DNA from: the human T2T-CHM13v2.0 reference genome, Homo sapiens
Reading direction: 5' to 3' (one strand)
Length of the DNA stretch: 64,000 nucleotides
Assembly: GCF_009914755.1 (NCBI RefSeq)
Contig: NC_060927.1
The notes beneath the pieces are model-generated. The model made no database searches and was not told the origin of the DNA. It saw nothing but the letters and a program-made list of their open reading frames with translations. A program made the position numbers and the translations under genes. Shown piece by piece: positions 31,858-45,149 of this stretch. Position 1 is the first letter of the stretch. Each line of letters opens with the position of its first letter.

Positions 31858-32028
31858 TTAAGCTTTTAAAAATTAATTTTTAACTATAGTAATATCTACA
31901 CATAGTTAAAACATTAGATAGTACAAAAAGCTTATAATAAAATGTAGTAGTTCCTTTCCCCAGCATTCCCCACCCATGATTCTATCCCACTAAATACAAC
32001 TACTTTCAACCACTGTAGCTGTTTATTT

Positions 32029-32114
32029 TCTTTCTTTTTCTTTTATAAAAGTGAAAACAAGTTTATTAGGAAGGTAAAGGAATAAAAGAATGTCTTCTCC
32101 ACAGGCAGAGCAGC
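32029..32114 (-). mobile_element. Retroposed polyadenylated ERV1-LTR R-region fragment
   Basis: The minus strand reads GCTGCTCTGCCTGTGGAGAAGACATTCTTTTATTCCTTTACCTTCCTAATAAACTTGTTTTCACTTTTAT plus an A-rich tail. TSD ctgtagctgttt(a/c)ttt at 32013-32028 and 32115-32130. Confidence 0.75.
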
Positions 32115-32465
32115 CTGTAGCTGTTTCTTTCAGTGTTTACCTCCATGTCTCAAATCTTATTCTGTACTTTCTTGACTTACCTGTTGTGAACATTATCTAT
32201 TAAATTTTCTTCGTGGTAGTCGAGGATTGTGCTCTCTCTCTCCCCACTCTCTCTTCTCTCCTACATTATCCTCAGCCCCCATTTTCCCATTAGTGAAGCT
32301 TTGGTTAAACCATAGTCAGTGTTTACATGAAAATGGTGATGTAAATATCATTGTCTTACTGCCAGCCAGATAATCTACCATGATCATTTCTGTTACAACT
32401 TCCATTTTTCCTTGAGTTGATAATTGCTTTATTTTTTTCTCATTTGTTTGGTTTACTATATGACT

Positions 32466-32845
32466 ATTACGGGCTAAATTGTGTCGCCACAAATTTCAGA
32501 TGTTGAATCTCTAATCCCTAGTACCCCAGAATGTGACTATATTTGAAGACAAGAACTTTAAAGAGGTGATAAAGTTAAAATGAGGCTGTTGGGGTGGGCC
32601 CTAATCCAATGTGACTAGTGTCCTTATAAGAAGAGGAAAAGGCACCAGGGATGTGTGTGCACAGAGAAAGACCATATGAGGACATAGTGAGAAAGCAACC
32701 ATCTGCAAGCCGAGGAGCGAGGCCTCTGAAAAAACCAAACCCACCAATTCCTTCATCTTGGACTACTAGCATCTAGAATTGTCAGAAAATAAATTTCTGT
32801 TGTTTCTGCTTGCAGTCTGTGGTGTTATGGAAGCTCAAGCAGAAG
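32466..32845 (+). mobile_element. MLT1B MaLR solo LTR
   Basis: gggctaaattgtgtc...ccccagaatgtgactatatttgaag...gaaaataaatttctgttgttt. Confidence 0.85.
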
Positions 32846-33979
32846 AGCTGACTGTTTTTTTCCAAATGGTCCAACGAGCTTATTCATAATTTTTCCAAAC
32901 TCTCCAAAGCAATTCCAAACATTCTGTCAGTTCCACCCCTCCTTCCCTCATCTCCCACAAGCCTTCTTTCAGGGATGCCACAAGCTAATATGGAACCTTG
33001 GCTCATATGGGGTATAACGGAGGGCTTGGGCACTCAGCCCTCCATGAGAACACCTAGCTTGGTGAGCCATGCACGGGCTGGGCTTCAGTCCCTGCTGATG
33101 TGAGTGGTGTGTCTGTAGGCAGAACATAATCCAGACTTAGTGCCCTGCCCGCTGTCCTCCTGCTGTGTTCTCTCTACCTCTTCTCTAATCCCTCTCCGTC
33201 ATCCCCAACCTTCCCTTTACCACATTTGGTTCGCCTGTTTCCTGGTTCTTACGTTATTCTCTTTTTTTGTTTTATTCCCTCCTTTTGCTGAAGCAAAACT
33301 TCCAGTGATTTTCTAAAACCAATACACAGGAAGTCAATTGTTTGAGTCCTTAAATGTCTGAAAATGTTTTTATTGTATCCTTACACTTGATTATCAGTTT
33401 GGTCAAGTATAAATAATTGGGATTGAAAATGATTTTTCCTCAGAACTTTGAAGTTATTGGTCTACCATATTCTGGCGCCCAGTGATGAAAGCTCCAGAAC
33501 CTTTCTGATGATCTGAATAATAGTATTGATATAAATGAGGAGTATCTTGGGAACCAAAAGGAAACCCATTTAAATATAGTAATTTGCAATTGTATATGCA
33601 AGATTATACAAGAGTACATGTAATGTTACATTATGAAATAATACATGCAAAAGAGCTTAGGAAACTCTGAAGTGTTAGACATGAAAAAAAAAAATTTTAG
33701 CCACAATTTTGACCTCAGTTGTATGTACGTTTGATAATATGGAAGATACCACCGCCCTCCCCCTACCCCAGCTTATGTATAATTCAGTTGACTTTTATTT
33801 TAGGTTGGATCCAAGTTTAGTTCTAAACAATCATTTAAGAAAACAATCAGTTAAAGAAATATAGAGAAAAGGCCTTCTTTGTGTGATATGGAAGGAGGCC
33901 TCAAACTGAGATAGGCCATAAAATTATCGTTGGGGAAAATGTGCACTTCTGTCGTTACAAGCACATTGCACAATCTAAA

Positions 33980-34720
33980 ATTCATTCAACAAATGTTTAC
34001 TGGGCAGTGCGCTGTGCCAGGCCCTGTGCTGGGTGGGGGGCAGAGAGGACTGAGCCACTTGGACCTGGCCTCCACTCTCCTGGTGTCCATTTTGAGGGGA
34101 GGAGACGGACATGAACAAATTAGAATGTGTGAAGCAGTTAATTACACTAAAGTAAGATGAGTTTTGTAACAGAAGGAATGCAACGGGCAATGGGAGCCCC
34201 TGGAGGGTGGGATCCTAACCTGGGGAGTCATGTGAGCCAGGCCTCTGGGGGAGGTGAGGTTTAGGCTGAGAGTAGAGAATGGGAGAGGTACTCAGCACTT
34301 TGGGAGGTGGGAGGATCGCTTGAGTCCAGGAGTTCCAGACCAGCCAGGGCAACACAGTGAGACCTCCTCTCTCTCTCTCACACACACACACACGCACACG
34401 CACACACACATGAAGGGGTGGAATGAGCCATGAGCCACGTGAAGTGGCCAGAAGGGAGGAGAGCTCCAGATAGAGAGAATAGTGTCTCCTAGGTATAGGG
34501 GAAAAGTGCCGTTTTAAGAACTTAAAGAATTTCTGTGTGGCTGTACCATGTGGGGAGACAGGTGGTGAGACAAAGCTGGAGAGTTTGGCAGGGGCTCAAC
34601 AGCGGAGAGGTTTGGTCTTCATCCAAATAGCAACCAGAAGCCATTGCAAGGTTTTGGAAAGGGGAGTGACACGATCAGATTTGCTTTTTACAAAGAATGC
34701 TTTGCGTGGGTGGGAGAAAG
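33980..34720 (-). mobile_element. L2 fragment
   Basis: attcattcaacaaatgtttactgggcagtgcgctgtgccaggccctgtgctggg is the antisense L2 3' end. Confidence 0.7.
34292..34410 (+). mobile_element. FLAM/Alu left-arm fragment ending in a (CT)n(CA)n microsatellite
   Basis: cagcactttgggagg...gggcaacacagtgagacct followed by ctctctctctct cacacaca. Confidence 0.75.
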
Positions 34721-36107
34721 GATGGAGGCTCTAGTCACCCAGGAGAGAGACAAGGTGGTCTGAGTATGTGTTGGAGGTTGAGAAAAAAGCAGGAAGATTC
34801 TGGGAGACAGAACTAAGGTGCCATTTTGTTCTCCTGGAAGAGAGAACAAGTTCTGTCAGAGGCTGAGAGCTATGGCTGGTAGGGGAAGGTAGAACAGGGA
34901 TGGTGCGACAGTGACCAGGCACAGAGTGTCTCCAGAGTCACACAGTTCCTGCGGGTCAAGGCCTATAGGCATATCCACCCAGGAAAAAAAATCAGGAAAC
35001 CCTGTGGCAAACGTCCGGGGTTGAGCAAGTTTCTGAAGGCAAGCAAAAGTGTGAGAGCAGAACATTGTGAAGACAGGCAGTTGGCAAAAGTCAGGTACTG
35101 GCCACCTAGACATGAGATGACCTTGAAGCTGATGCATGATTCTGGTCAGCAGGGTTTTCTGAGCACTCTGTGAGGGTAGGAGTATCCTGCAGAGTGGTGG
35201 CCTCCCAGAGAGGACAGGTACCCGCAGGTAAGTGAAGGCTCCCATCAGTTCTGCCAACTCTGCCTTCAGGATGCAGAAGTAGATCAGACATGGCTCCTCA
35301 GAGGTGACTCAGGCATGCCAACAGGACAAAAAAAGCAATACTCTCCAAGAAGGGGATATAATATGTTCCATTGTCCCAAAGTATTTGTTCACAGAATGCC
35401 TTTTCTATGGAGCATCTCATGGAATGTGAAGTGAGTTCTGTTGAACTCAGTTTGGCAAGTGTGCACTTGGTTAATTGCCATTATGGAAGTGTGTATGAAT
35501 TATGGAGGACCACAAGATAAGGTACAGCCAAGCATACCCTGGGAGGTCAGGGAAGGCTTCCAGAAGTGATGGTATTTCAGCTGCTACTTGAAAGGCCTGA
35601 CAAGGCAGCAACTGGGGGGAAGTTCAGAAAGAGGAGAAGACTCTTCGGAGGGTAGAGCTAGTACTATAGTAAACTCAGTGGGACTAGCACACTGCATATT
35701 ACATAGGACTTCAATGTTTCACCATGACGAGAATCACCACTGTGGATAAAAGGGTTTTGGGCCCTTGCAGCAGGTGTGGTTCTGAAAGATAACTTCTGAG
35801 TAAGGACTGAAGGAGAAATATGGAAGGATGCAGATAGGATGAGTCCATGGGAACTGGATAACGGCTGGCAGCAAGGAATTCTCAAGTCCTTGCCGCAGTA
35901 GTGGGAGAAGGAACATCACCTAAGTTGGGCCTGTTTGGGTTTGAGGTTTGGTTTTTGATTGGTTGAATGAATGGTTTATTGGTATTCTGTAGAAACAGAT
36001 TAACGTGAATTTGTTCACGGCTTTTCAGACTTGGAATAGCTAAGTTCCTCATTAGGGGATTTATTCTTCACTAAAATGCGGCCAGATGCTGTGCTATAAT
36101 AATAAAG

Positions 36108-36126
36108 TGACCATAAGAGGGCGCCA
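36108..36126 (+). promoter_or_regulatory. Candidate CTCF site
   Basis: tgaccataagagggcgcca matches 12/14 of the core CCASYAGRKGGCRS and keeps its CpG, in apparently unique DNA. Confidence 0.4.
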
Positions 36127-37639
36127 AAGACAAAAGTATGTTGCTGTTTTCGGCAGAATAACTTCAACAGAACACTGAAAATAGGACATAAAAGGAAAGG
36201 CAGAGATCTGAAGGGGGCAAGGAAGAAAAAGAAGACAGGATGAACTCACCAGCAGAGGGTTACAGATTTGTTTATCGTCTTGGTAGCAAAGTATTAAAAT
36301 TACAGAGCAAAACAAAATCTACCCACTTTTCAACTAGTCTGCTTTAGAAAGGGACTTAAGAAAATGTATTCTGAAGTACAGTTTGTGTTTTGCCTCCAGA
36401 CCCTGAAAGCGTTTGTGGGTGAATAGTCCCCTTCCTCTTTCTCCAGGCTCTAAGTGAAGTGAAGATAATCCCTTCAGTTTTCACTCCTCGGAGTGCAGGT
36501 CAGAAAGGGCTAAAATAGGCAGGACATTTCTTCTGGCAGTCTCATCCTTGGTTGCTTCTAGGGGAAAGATGAAATTCGATTTCATTGTACTTAAAATGTC
36601 CGAGTCAACTTAAACAGAAATACTTGTTTTTTGTTTTCCAAATGAATGAAGCCAGTTTGGAGCTCCTCTGCTTTTCTTTCTGCAATGCTAATATATCCTT
36701 TTGTATACCCAATACCCATGACTTGAAAGAGCTTTAATAGAGTCACATGATTTTGAGACTTCTTCACATTGTTTAGAAATACTCATTTGAATGGTAGAAA
36801 ATTAAATCTTTTTGCCCCTTCCTTTCCTATATTTTATATTTACAAACAGCTAAAACGCTAAGCTTCTTTAAAATAAATGAATTTCAAAGAATTCTGTGAT
36901 CCATAATAGACTATTTGGAATTATTATTAAATAACAGAAATTTATCTTGAATTTTGTTTAAACCCAGGAGCATAAAGTAAGAATTGTTCTTTTAAGGAAA
37001 CAGAGCTCTTTCTATGTGGTGCAAAATCTCCCAGTGACAGCTGAAGAATTCAGCTTATAAATAATCATCCATAGGAAAGTGCAAAGGGCCCCTAAAACCT
37101 TGGGGTGGCCAGTCTTCCCTGGACACTTAAAAAACTCAAAATAGATTCACCAGAAAGTATAAAATCGTCTCTCAGAATAGGAGCTTGTCTGCCTCACTAA
37201 TCATACATACTGTATATATTATATATTTTTCTTTTCTTTTTTATTTCTTTTTGGTGAGAGTATTTTTTAAAAAGTTGTGTGGCCGTGATACAGGTAATTG
37301 CTTAAGCTTAAAAAAAAACTACACTGAACAACAAATCTCTGATAGTGTTTAACACTGAAAGCTGTTACCATGGAATTGAGGAAGCAGTTTTTATCCTAGA
37401 GAAGAGCTGGGCACAGAGACAATGAACAAGGTTAGGAATAAATGGGTATCTTGTGAATAGAGAAGTGCTAAAAGTGGGGACCTCGTGGGATCGGTGTTTT
37501 GTGCATCTGTAATAAATGACCAGAAAGAGATGAAGGACAATAAACTCTTCCGGTTTGTGGAGGATACCAAATGCACAGAATCCTAGCTGGGCTGAGAGTC
37601 CAACGTACTCAGAAGGGAGGAGAGAAGGCAGAATCAAGT

Positions 37640-37668
37640 AGAGAAAGAGAGAGAGAGAGAGAAAGAGA
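37640..37668. repeat. (GA)n microsatellite
   Basis: agagaaagagagagagagagagaaagaga. Confidence 0.8.
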
Positions 37669-38214
37669 ATGCGAGGGTGGGATATTGTGAATCAGGAGTT
37701 TATGCCAAGTTCAAAGTTACAGAAGAGTTGCAGTAGGATGTGATGATAGAGCCAGGGCTTGGCTGTGTGGACTGTGTAAAAATGTAACTCATCAGTTATC
37801 CGTTATTGCCAAATAGGGGATCTACTTAGCTTGGGTTCCAAAGGACTGAAGATTAACCCCTTACATGCTAAAAGTTTCGCATAAGCCTTTTAAAATGGAT
37901 ACTTTTAAATGAAAGGAAATGTTCTTCTGCCTTGATGTAAGAAACACAAGAGAACATTTTCTTTTTCACTAGGTTCACAGTTATAGGGATGTGTGTGTTA
38001 CACATCTCTGAATGCCCTGCAGTGTTTGCATTTGGAAGGGGTGCAACAAATACCGGTGTCATTAGTGAATGTCAAATGGGTACCACTGTCTGTAGGAGGC
38101 AGGTAGAACGTGTCTAGAATCCTGTGCTAGGTTGTTAAAACTATTTCATCTCTCTCTGTCTCTCTCTCTGTCTCTCCGCCACCATTGTGTCTTCTCCTTT
38201 TTCTTCCCTCCCTC

Positions 38215-38830
38215 TCTTTCATGAAGTATATCAAACATACAGAAAAGAATTGAGAACAATTTAATGATTATTTCAGTGCCAGTATTAACGTAACATTTTT
38301 GTAACAATATTAACATTTTATATGCTTGTGTCAGAGTATTTTTTAAATATACAAAACATTAGATATCCAATTGAAGACTGTGGATTTCTCCAAATCCTTT
38401 TCTCTCCCTTCCTCCCTCCTTCCTTTCTCCTTTCCCAGAACTAATCACTTTCTCAAAGTTAGTGCATATTTTTTCTGTCTGATATATATTTACTACATTA
38501 CATATGTTTGTTTCAATAAGCAATGTATAGCTTTTTTGAGGTATTTTAAAAACTTTACCTAAATGGTACACTGTATTAATATAATTCTGCAGATTGCTTT
38601 GGTCATTCGACATTATGATTTTGAGGGATAGATCAGTGATGTATTTAGATCCAATTTATTCATTTCAGTTGCTGCTTTGTATTTTGTTATTTAATTTAGT
38701 AAAATTAAATTATCTATTCACCTTTTGATGGACATTTAGATTGTTTACAGTTTTTCACTGCTAACAAGCAATGCTGTAATGGATGTTCTTGTATCACTCT
38801 TTGTGACTCCCTTAAGCATATGGCTGAGAA
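38215..38830 (-). mobile_element. L1ME-type 3' fragment
   Basis: ttttgatggacatttagattgtttacagtttttcactg...aatgctgtaatg. Confidence 0.65.
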
Positions 38831-38842
38831 TTTTCTACCTAT

Positions 38843-39120
38843 ACACTAGCCACTGGAAGTGTGGCCAGCCCAAACTGAGCTGTGCTGTAAGCATAAAATA
38901 CATTGGATTTTGAAGACTTAGCATAAGACAAGAATACTAAAAAATCTCAATGATGTTATCATATTGACTATATGTTGAAATGCTGATACTTGGATATATT
39001 GGGTTAAACAAAATAAACTCTTAAAATTAATGGTTATCTGTTTAAAAAATTTATAGTGTGGTTACTAGAAAAATATAGAATGTGGCTTTCATTCGTGACT
39101 TACATATTGGACTGTGTTGC
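38843..39120. mobile_element. MER33-like hAT-Charlie element
   Basis: gaagtgtggccagcccaaactgagctgtgctgtaagcataaaatac...ttggatatattgggttaaac. Confidence 0.7.
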
Positions 39121-40810
39121 TATTAATATGTTTCTCTAGGATTTGGGTTTTAAGTATTCTTCTCCTTTTCTTTTCTATTCCTTCTTTTTGCTCTTAACGG
39201 CATTTGATTTTTAGAGCCATTGCTTACCTATGAAGGAGTTCCTTCCATTGCAAACCCACCAATCATGTCCCTCCTTCTGTAATCTTCACTCTTAGATTCT
39301 CCCTGGCTTTTTAATTTCTGCCTGTACAGGGTGGCTGCTAGGGACACTTGTGTGTTTTCAGATGCTCTGGATGGCTGAGGGTGTTTGATGCTTGACTAGC
39401 GGATAAGAGAGGTGTGACTTCATTATTTATGGAGTTTTGGGGTTATCACAGCATTCCATTATGCCTTCTCAAAATTATTGGTTTGAGATTCTGCTTAAGG
39501 ACACAGATTTAGCTCTAAGCTATCACGCCCAAACTTATAGTATCTGTGAGTCAGCTTCTCTACCCAAGGAACTGAATAAATCTCTGAAATGCTAATCCAT
39601 CTTTAAGGAGCCCAATAGTCAAGGTTTCAAGGGAAACGTTCCCCTCCCTTTCTCCCCCACGAACCCCTGCCATTATTCTCTCTAAGAAGGCAGGGATTTG
39701 AGACACTCTCAATCCTGCTTGAGACAGGGATTGGGTATGCACCATTCTCGCTGCTATCACAGCAGCCTAAAAGATGGCAGCTAAGCCAAGCTGGAAGAAG
39801 CTTCTGTTCCCTATAGTGGTGGCTCCCCCATGTGTGACACGGCTCTGCTCTCTCGGCATCACCATTTCCAATGAGAAAATAAATTGCTTCTGTGCAGTCG
39901 CATGCAAAGCAGAGAGCCCTTTTAGCTGGCTGGAGCTGGGAGGTTGATAGAGAGCAGGAATTCTATGCACCAATTGTTAGTGGGTAGAGCTAGGGATGAT
40001 TTTTCATTGTCTGCTGAACTCCAAGCATACCCTCTTGGAGTGGGTCTCAAATTTGAAAACAAATCTTCACAGTGACTTTTCCAACCTGCTTGGCTTTAGA
40101 AGGATGGAGCTGTTGCCCAAATTTTTCAAAATCCCACCAAGTTGAGTGACACCACTTCTATTTGGGCAGAAATATTTCTACTTGTCATGTAACACTCCTA
40201 TCTTCAACCAAAGCTTTGTTTACACAAGCAGAGGGATTGTGCTGCTGTTAAAACGTGGGCTTTGTGGTTAGGCAGAGCTGGATTTTAACTGGAGCTCTAC
40301 CACTTTTATCAGCCCTGTCGGCTTGGACAAGGTATGACCACCACAAGGCTCATTTTATGCACCTGTGAAGTGGAGACAATGACAGTACTTACTTTATAGG
40401 TTACTGGAATTACTATTACCCTGATTACAACTATTATTATAATGTAAGCCAATTTGAAAAGATTCACCTGACTCAAGCAACTGGCTGCTTTGGGCTGGTT
40501 AGTACGCTTTAACCTGTTGTTTTCAAGCTAACTTTGAGAGGTTTGGTTCATAAACTTGTTAACTCAATTTTTCTGGAAGAGTGATTTTCAAATGGGTACG
40601 CTGTCTCCACCTTTAAGATATTGTTTCAGGATTTTGACACAACATGGCTCCCCCAAAAATCTCATTTAATTTTACATTATGGTTTGAATTTAGAAAATTC
40701 TATAGAAATAAAACATTTTTATTCCACCATTCTAACTGTGGGCTAGAAATTGTGACAAACTCTTCTTGGCTGCTAGGGCTATGTGGAATACAGATTCTAA
40801 AAGTGATCTT

Positions 40811-41195
<385 letters not shown>

Positions 41196-42272
41196 TCACT
41201 TGAACTCCTGCAATTCTGTTACCTGCCACTAGATGTGTGTGAGCTCCATTAAGCACTGCAGCTGTTAGGACTCAGAGATATCAGCATAATACATCTATTC
41301 CCAGCTAATCCGGTTTTTCCACTTGTTCTATAAAATATAATTTAATTTTATCTATTGATTGTGTTTATAAGAAATACCATCTGAGGCAAGATGGAGGAAA
41401 AGAGAGTTAGTGAGTGGGGTTAGGCCATGCATCCTCAAAGGTCAGAATTTACTCCAGGGGGGATGAAAATTGGTTCTTGGGAGGCAAAATCTAACTCCTC
41501 TTATGGATAGAGTGGAGATACTCAGACATTACCTAAATGGATATATGGTATATCTTTTGTTTTAAAATCAAATGGGGTAGAAGTTAGGGAAAAATGCCTA
41601 AAACTGCTCCTTAGGCAGGTGATAAATAGATAAAGCCTGAGAAATCCAGCTTAGGCTTCTGTGGTGGTTCATCTGGTTTTTGAAGATGTGATGGACTGCT
41701 GAGGCCCAGATGGTCACTGGGCTTTTCTCAGGGCTCAGAGTCTCCAGATGTGCTCAACTCCCCGACTAGGCTTTCTGCATGGAGGGGCTTGGAGTGAAAA
41801 TCCTCCAGCAGCTTTTATACTCCTATAAATACATTACCTCAATGAGCTTGCTTGCAATAGCTGCCTTACTGCATTTTCTTTCTGATCTTCAACTTGGCCT
41901 TCAAAACCTATCCCTTTTGTATTTTCCCTGATATTGCTGTCTACTTCTAAAATAAGAGAGGGAGAGACTTCCACTGATGGGTGAACCTCTGTTTTGTTTT
42001 GCTCCCAACTGTATAACCCTTCACTTTCAGACAATAGGTGGGTGAGTGAGTTACTGTGTTAATCCACATTATAGGCTGCTCTTTCCACTCGTATAACCAA
42101 TTCCATGCAGGACTTGGCTCCACAGGTAAAGGAGCCCGCTGCTGTCTCAGGGTGGAGGTGGGTGTCCTTCCCTCTCCACAGCCGGGCAGAAACAATCCTG
42201 CTTTACTTCCTTCCACTACAGGAGCTTATTTAGGCTTCTAATGTTTTTTTTTTTTTCTTTTATTTCTCTCTA

Positions 42273-43712
42273 CAGTCGTGTGCCCCACAACGACATTTTG
42301 GTCAACAATGGACTGCATATACCATGTGGCCCCATAAGATTATAATAGAGCTGAAAAATTCCTGCTGCCTAGTGACATTGTCGCTGTTGTGATGATGTTG
42401 TAGCTATTGTAGTAGCACAATGCATTACTCACGTGTTTGTGGTGTTCCTGTTGTAAATAAGTCGACTATGCTGCCAGTTGTATAAACGTCTAGCACATGT
42501 AATTCTGTATAGTACACAATACTTGGTAATGATAATAAACGACTATGTTACTGGTTTATATATTTGTTGTACTATTTATCATTACTTTAGAGTGTATTCT
42601 TTTTACTTATTAAAAAAAGTTAACTGTAAAACAGCCTCAGGCAGGTCCTTCAGGAGGCATCCAGAAGAAGGCATTGTTATCATAGGAGATGACAGCTCCA
42701 TGCATGTCATTGCCCCAGCAGACCGTCCAGTTCGGCAAGATGTGGCGGTGGGAGACAGTGGTATTGATGATCCTGACCCTGTATGGGCCTAGGCTAATGT
42801 GTGTGTTTGTGTCTTAGTTTTTAATAAACAGGTTTAAAAAAGTTATAAAAGATTTAAAAATAGAAAAAAGCTTATAGAATAAGATATAGAGAAAGAAAAT
42901 ATTTTTGTACAGCTGTACAATGTGTTTGTGTTTTAAGCTAAGTGTTTTTACAAAAGAGTAAAAGGTTTAGAAAAGTAACAAGTTTATAAAGCAAAAAAGT
43001 TACAGTAAGCTAAGGTTAATTTATTATTAAAGGAAGAAAAATGTTTTTAAGATGAACAGTGTAGCCTAAGTGTACATTGTTGATGAAGTCTATGGAAGTG
43101 TACAGTAATGTTGTAGGCCTCACATTCACTCACCATTCACTCACTGACTCACCTAGAGAAACTTCCAGTCCTGCAAGCTCCATTCATGGTAAATGCCCCA
43201 TACAGTGTGGCATTAAAACTATTTTTTGTACTGGGCCTGTAATCCCAGCACTTTGGGAGGCCGAGGCAGGCAGATCACCTGAGGTCAGGAGTTCGAGATC
43301 AGCCTGGCAACATGGTGAAACCCTGTCTCTACTAAAAATACAAAAAAATTAGCCAGGCGTGCTGGCGGGCACCCGTGATCCCAGCTATTTGGGAGGCTGA
43401 AGCAGGAGAATCACTTGAACCTGGGAGGTGGAGGGTGGAGGTTGCAGTGAGCCGAGACCACACGACTGCACTCCAGCCTACGCAACAAGAACAAAACTGT
43501 CACACACACACACACAAAAATTCTTCGTACCATATTTTTGCTGTACCTTTTCTATGTTTAGATATGTTTCGATACACAAATACTCACCTTGTGTTCCAAC
43601 TGCCCACAGTATTCAGTTCAGTAACATGCTGTTCAGGTTTGTGGCCTAGGAGCAATAGGCTGTACCTTAGTCCATTTCTCAGAATGTATCCCTGTCTGAT
43701 GATGCATGACTG
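42273..43712. mobile_element. Tigger3b/MER7B TcMar DNA transposon with a nested Alu
   Basis: TIRs cagtcgtgtgcc...acgac / gatgcatgactg, TA on the left flank, ~1.15 kb after removing the Alu. Confidence 0.85.
43232..43520 (+). mobile_element. AluS, 5'-clipped, with a (CA)n tail
   Basis: gcctgtaatcccagcactttggg...ctccagcctacgcaacaagaacaaaactgt followed by (CA)n. Confidence 0.88.
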
Positions 43713-44435
43713 CATATGGTAGTGATGCCAGAAATCACACATGGCCCCAAATCTCCATTTCTTGGAGCAAAACATTTTCATATCCATGATTACCTCAATT
43801 TCTTTTTTTAAACTAGTAAGTTATGACCCATTGTCTCCAAATTTCAATGAAGTTTAGAAAACCCTCAATTATCAAATAAATAGAGACATTAATGATAAAA
43901 AAGTAGATAATGGAAGATTTTTTTTAGTTTCATATTGGGGCTATATAATGATTTTACATTCCCCTTGATGCTTTCTACTTTTTTTTTTTTTTTTTACAAG
44001 TTTTCTTTTTCTGTGCTTTGAACTTCCAAGGTAACACAGCCTCAGCTAAAATGTGCTGTTATGTCCGAGGTTGGCACACAACACATGGCAAAAGGGTCCT
44101 CCTAAAGTCAGATGTTTCTGGAACTAGGCCAGGAAAGGAGACTTTTGCAAGAGAAAGGCAGGATGTAATTCCAGTTGCTAGTTCCGTCGGATTCAGGTAC
44201 AACCAATGGAGTTATTTAATACCACAATATAAACGGATGACTGGCTTGGAACTCATTTATTAATGTAGGAAAAGGTAACAACACCCCAGGGGAAAGACAG
44301 ACCCCCAGAATCCTAGAAATGTCTGGGACTGGGGAGCCTCCATTGGCTGAACCACTGGACTTTCATGTGTTCTTGTGCTAGGGATGCAGAGAAAAATACA
44401 TTTTTTTAAAAGTCCAGATTTGATGTTTACTTGGG

Positions 44436-44921
44436 TAGTGGAGAAAAAGTAATACTTTTTGTCATCCATCACCAGGTTCATGGCTAGTATCCCTGAAACA
44501 AAAGACAGGTTAACAAGAGACAAGAATAACAAACTTATTTAGCATGAGTTTTACGTGATGTGAAAGGCTTCAGAAACGAAGACCCAAAGAAATGGGGAAA
44601 AGTGTCTTTTTATGTTTGTTTGCTAAAGAGTAGATCGTAGTGTAGAAGTATGATTGGACAAAAGGGGATATGATCTAATGGTAATAAACCAGTGTGGGAG
44701 GCAAAGGACTAGCAAGGCCTGTTTATTCAGATTCTTCTTGGCCTCTCTGTGTAACAGGTATAAGGCCAGACACCTGTCACATAAACGTCTTTAAGAGAGA
44801 GGTGACAGAAGGAAGCCAGAGGGTCCTTTCTGCTTCTGCAGTTTTCTCATTTTCTTTCAGCTTAAAATACTTAGAATGCCAAGGTGCCATATTTTAGGGT
44901 AGTATTTCCCAGGACGCATCA
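44436..44921 (-). mobile_element. ERV1-class solo LTR (MER39-like)
   Basis: The minus strand starts TGATGCGTCCTGGGAAATACTACCCTAAAATATGGCACCTTGGCA. Confidence 0.6.
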
Positions 44922-45149
44922 TTTGCATTTAAAATTGTTGCTGCTTCCCTCAGAAAGAAATACAAATGGAGGTATAAATATATTCTCATAGTGTTAGACA
45001 TTTCACATGTGCTGTGCTTTCCTCATAAAACAGCCTTGCCCCCATGTGTCCTAGTGACAGTTTGATGATTTGGTGGTTTGTTGTTTCAATTTACATTTTC
45101 CTACTATGCTAATAATATTAGTTATATAATTGTGACATAGGACATAATT

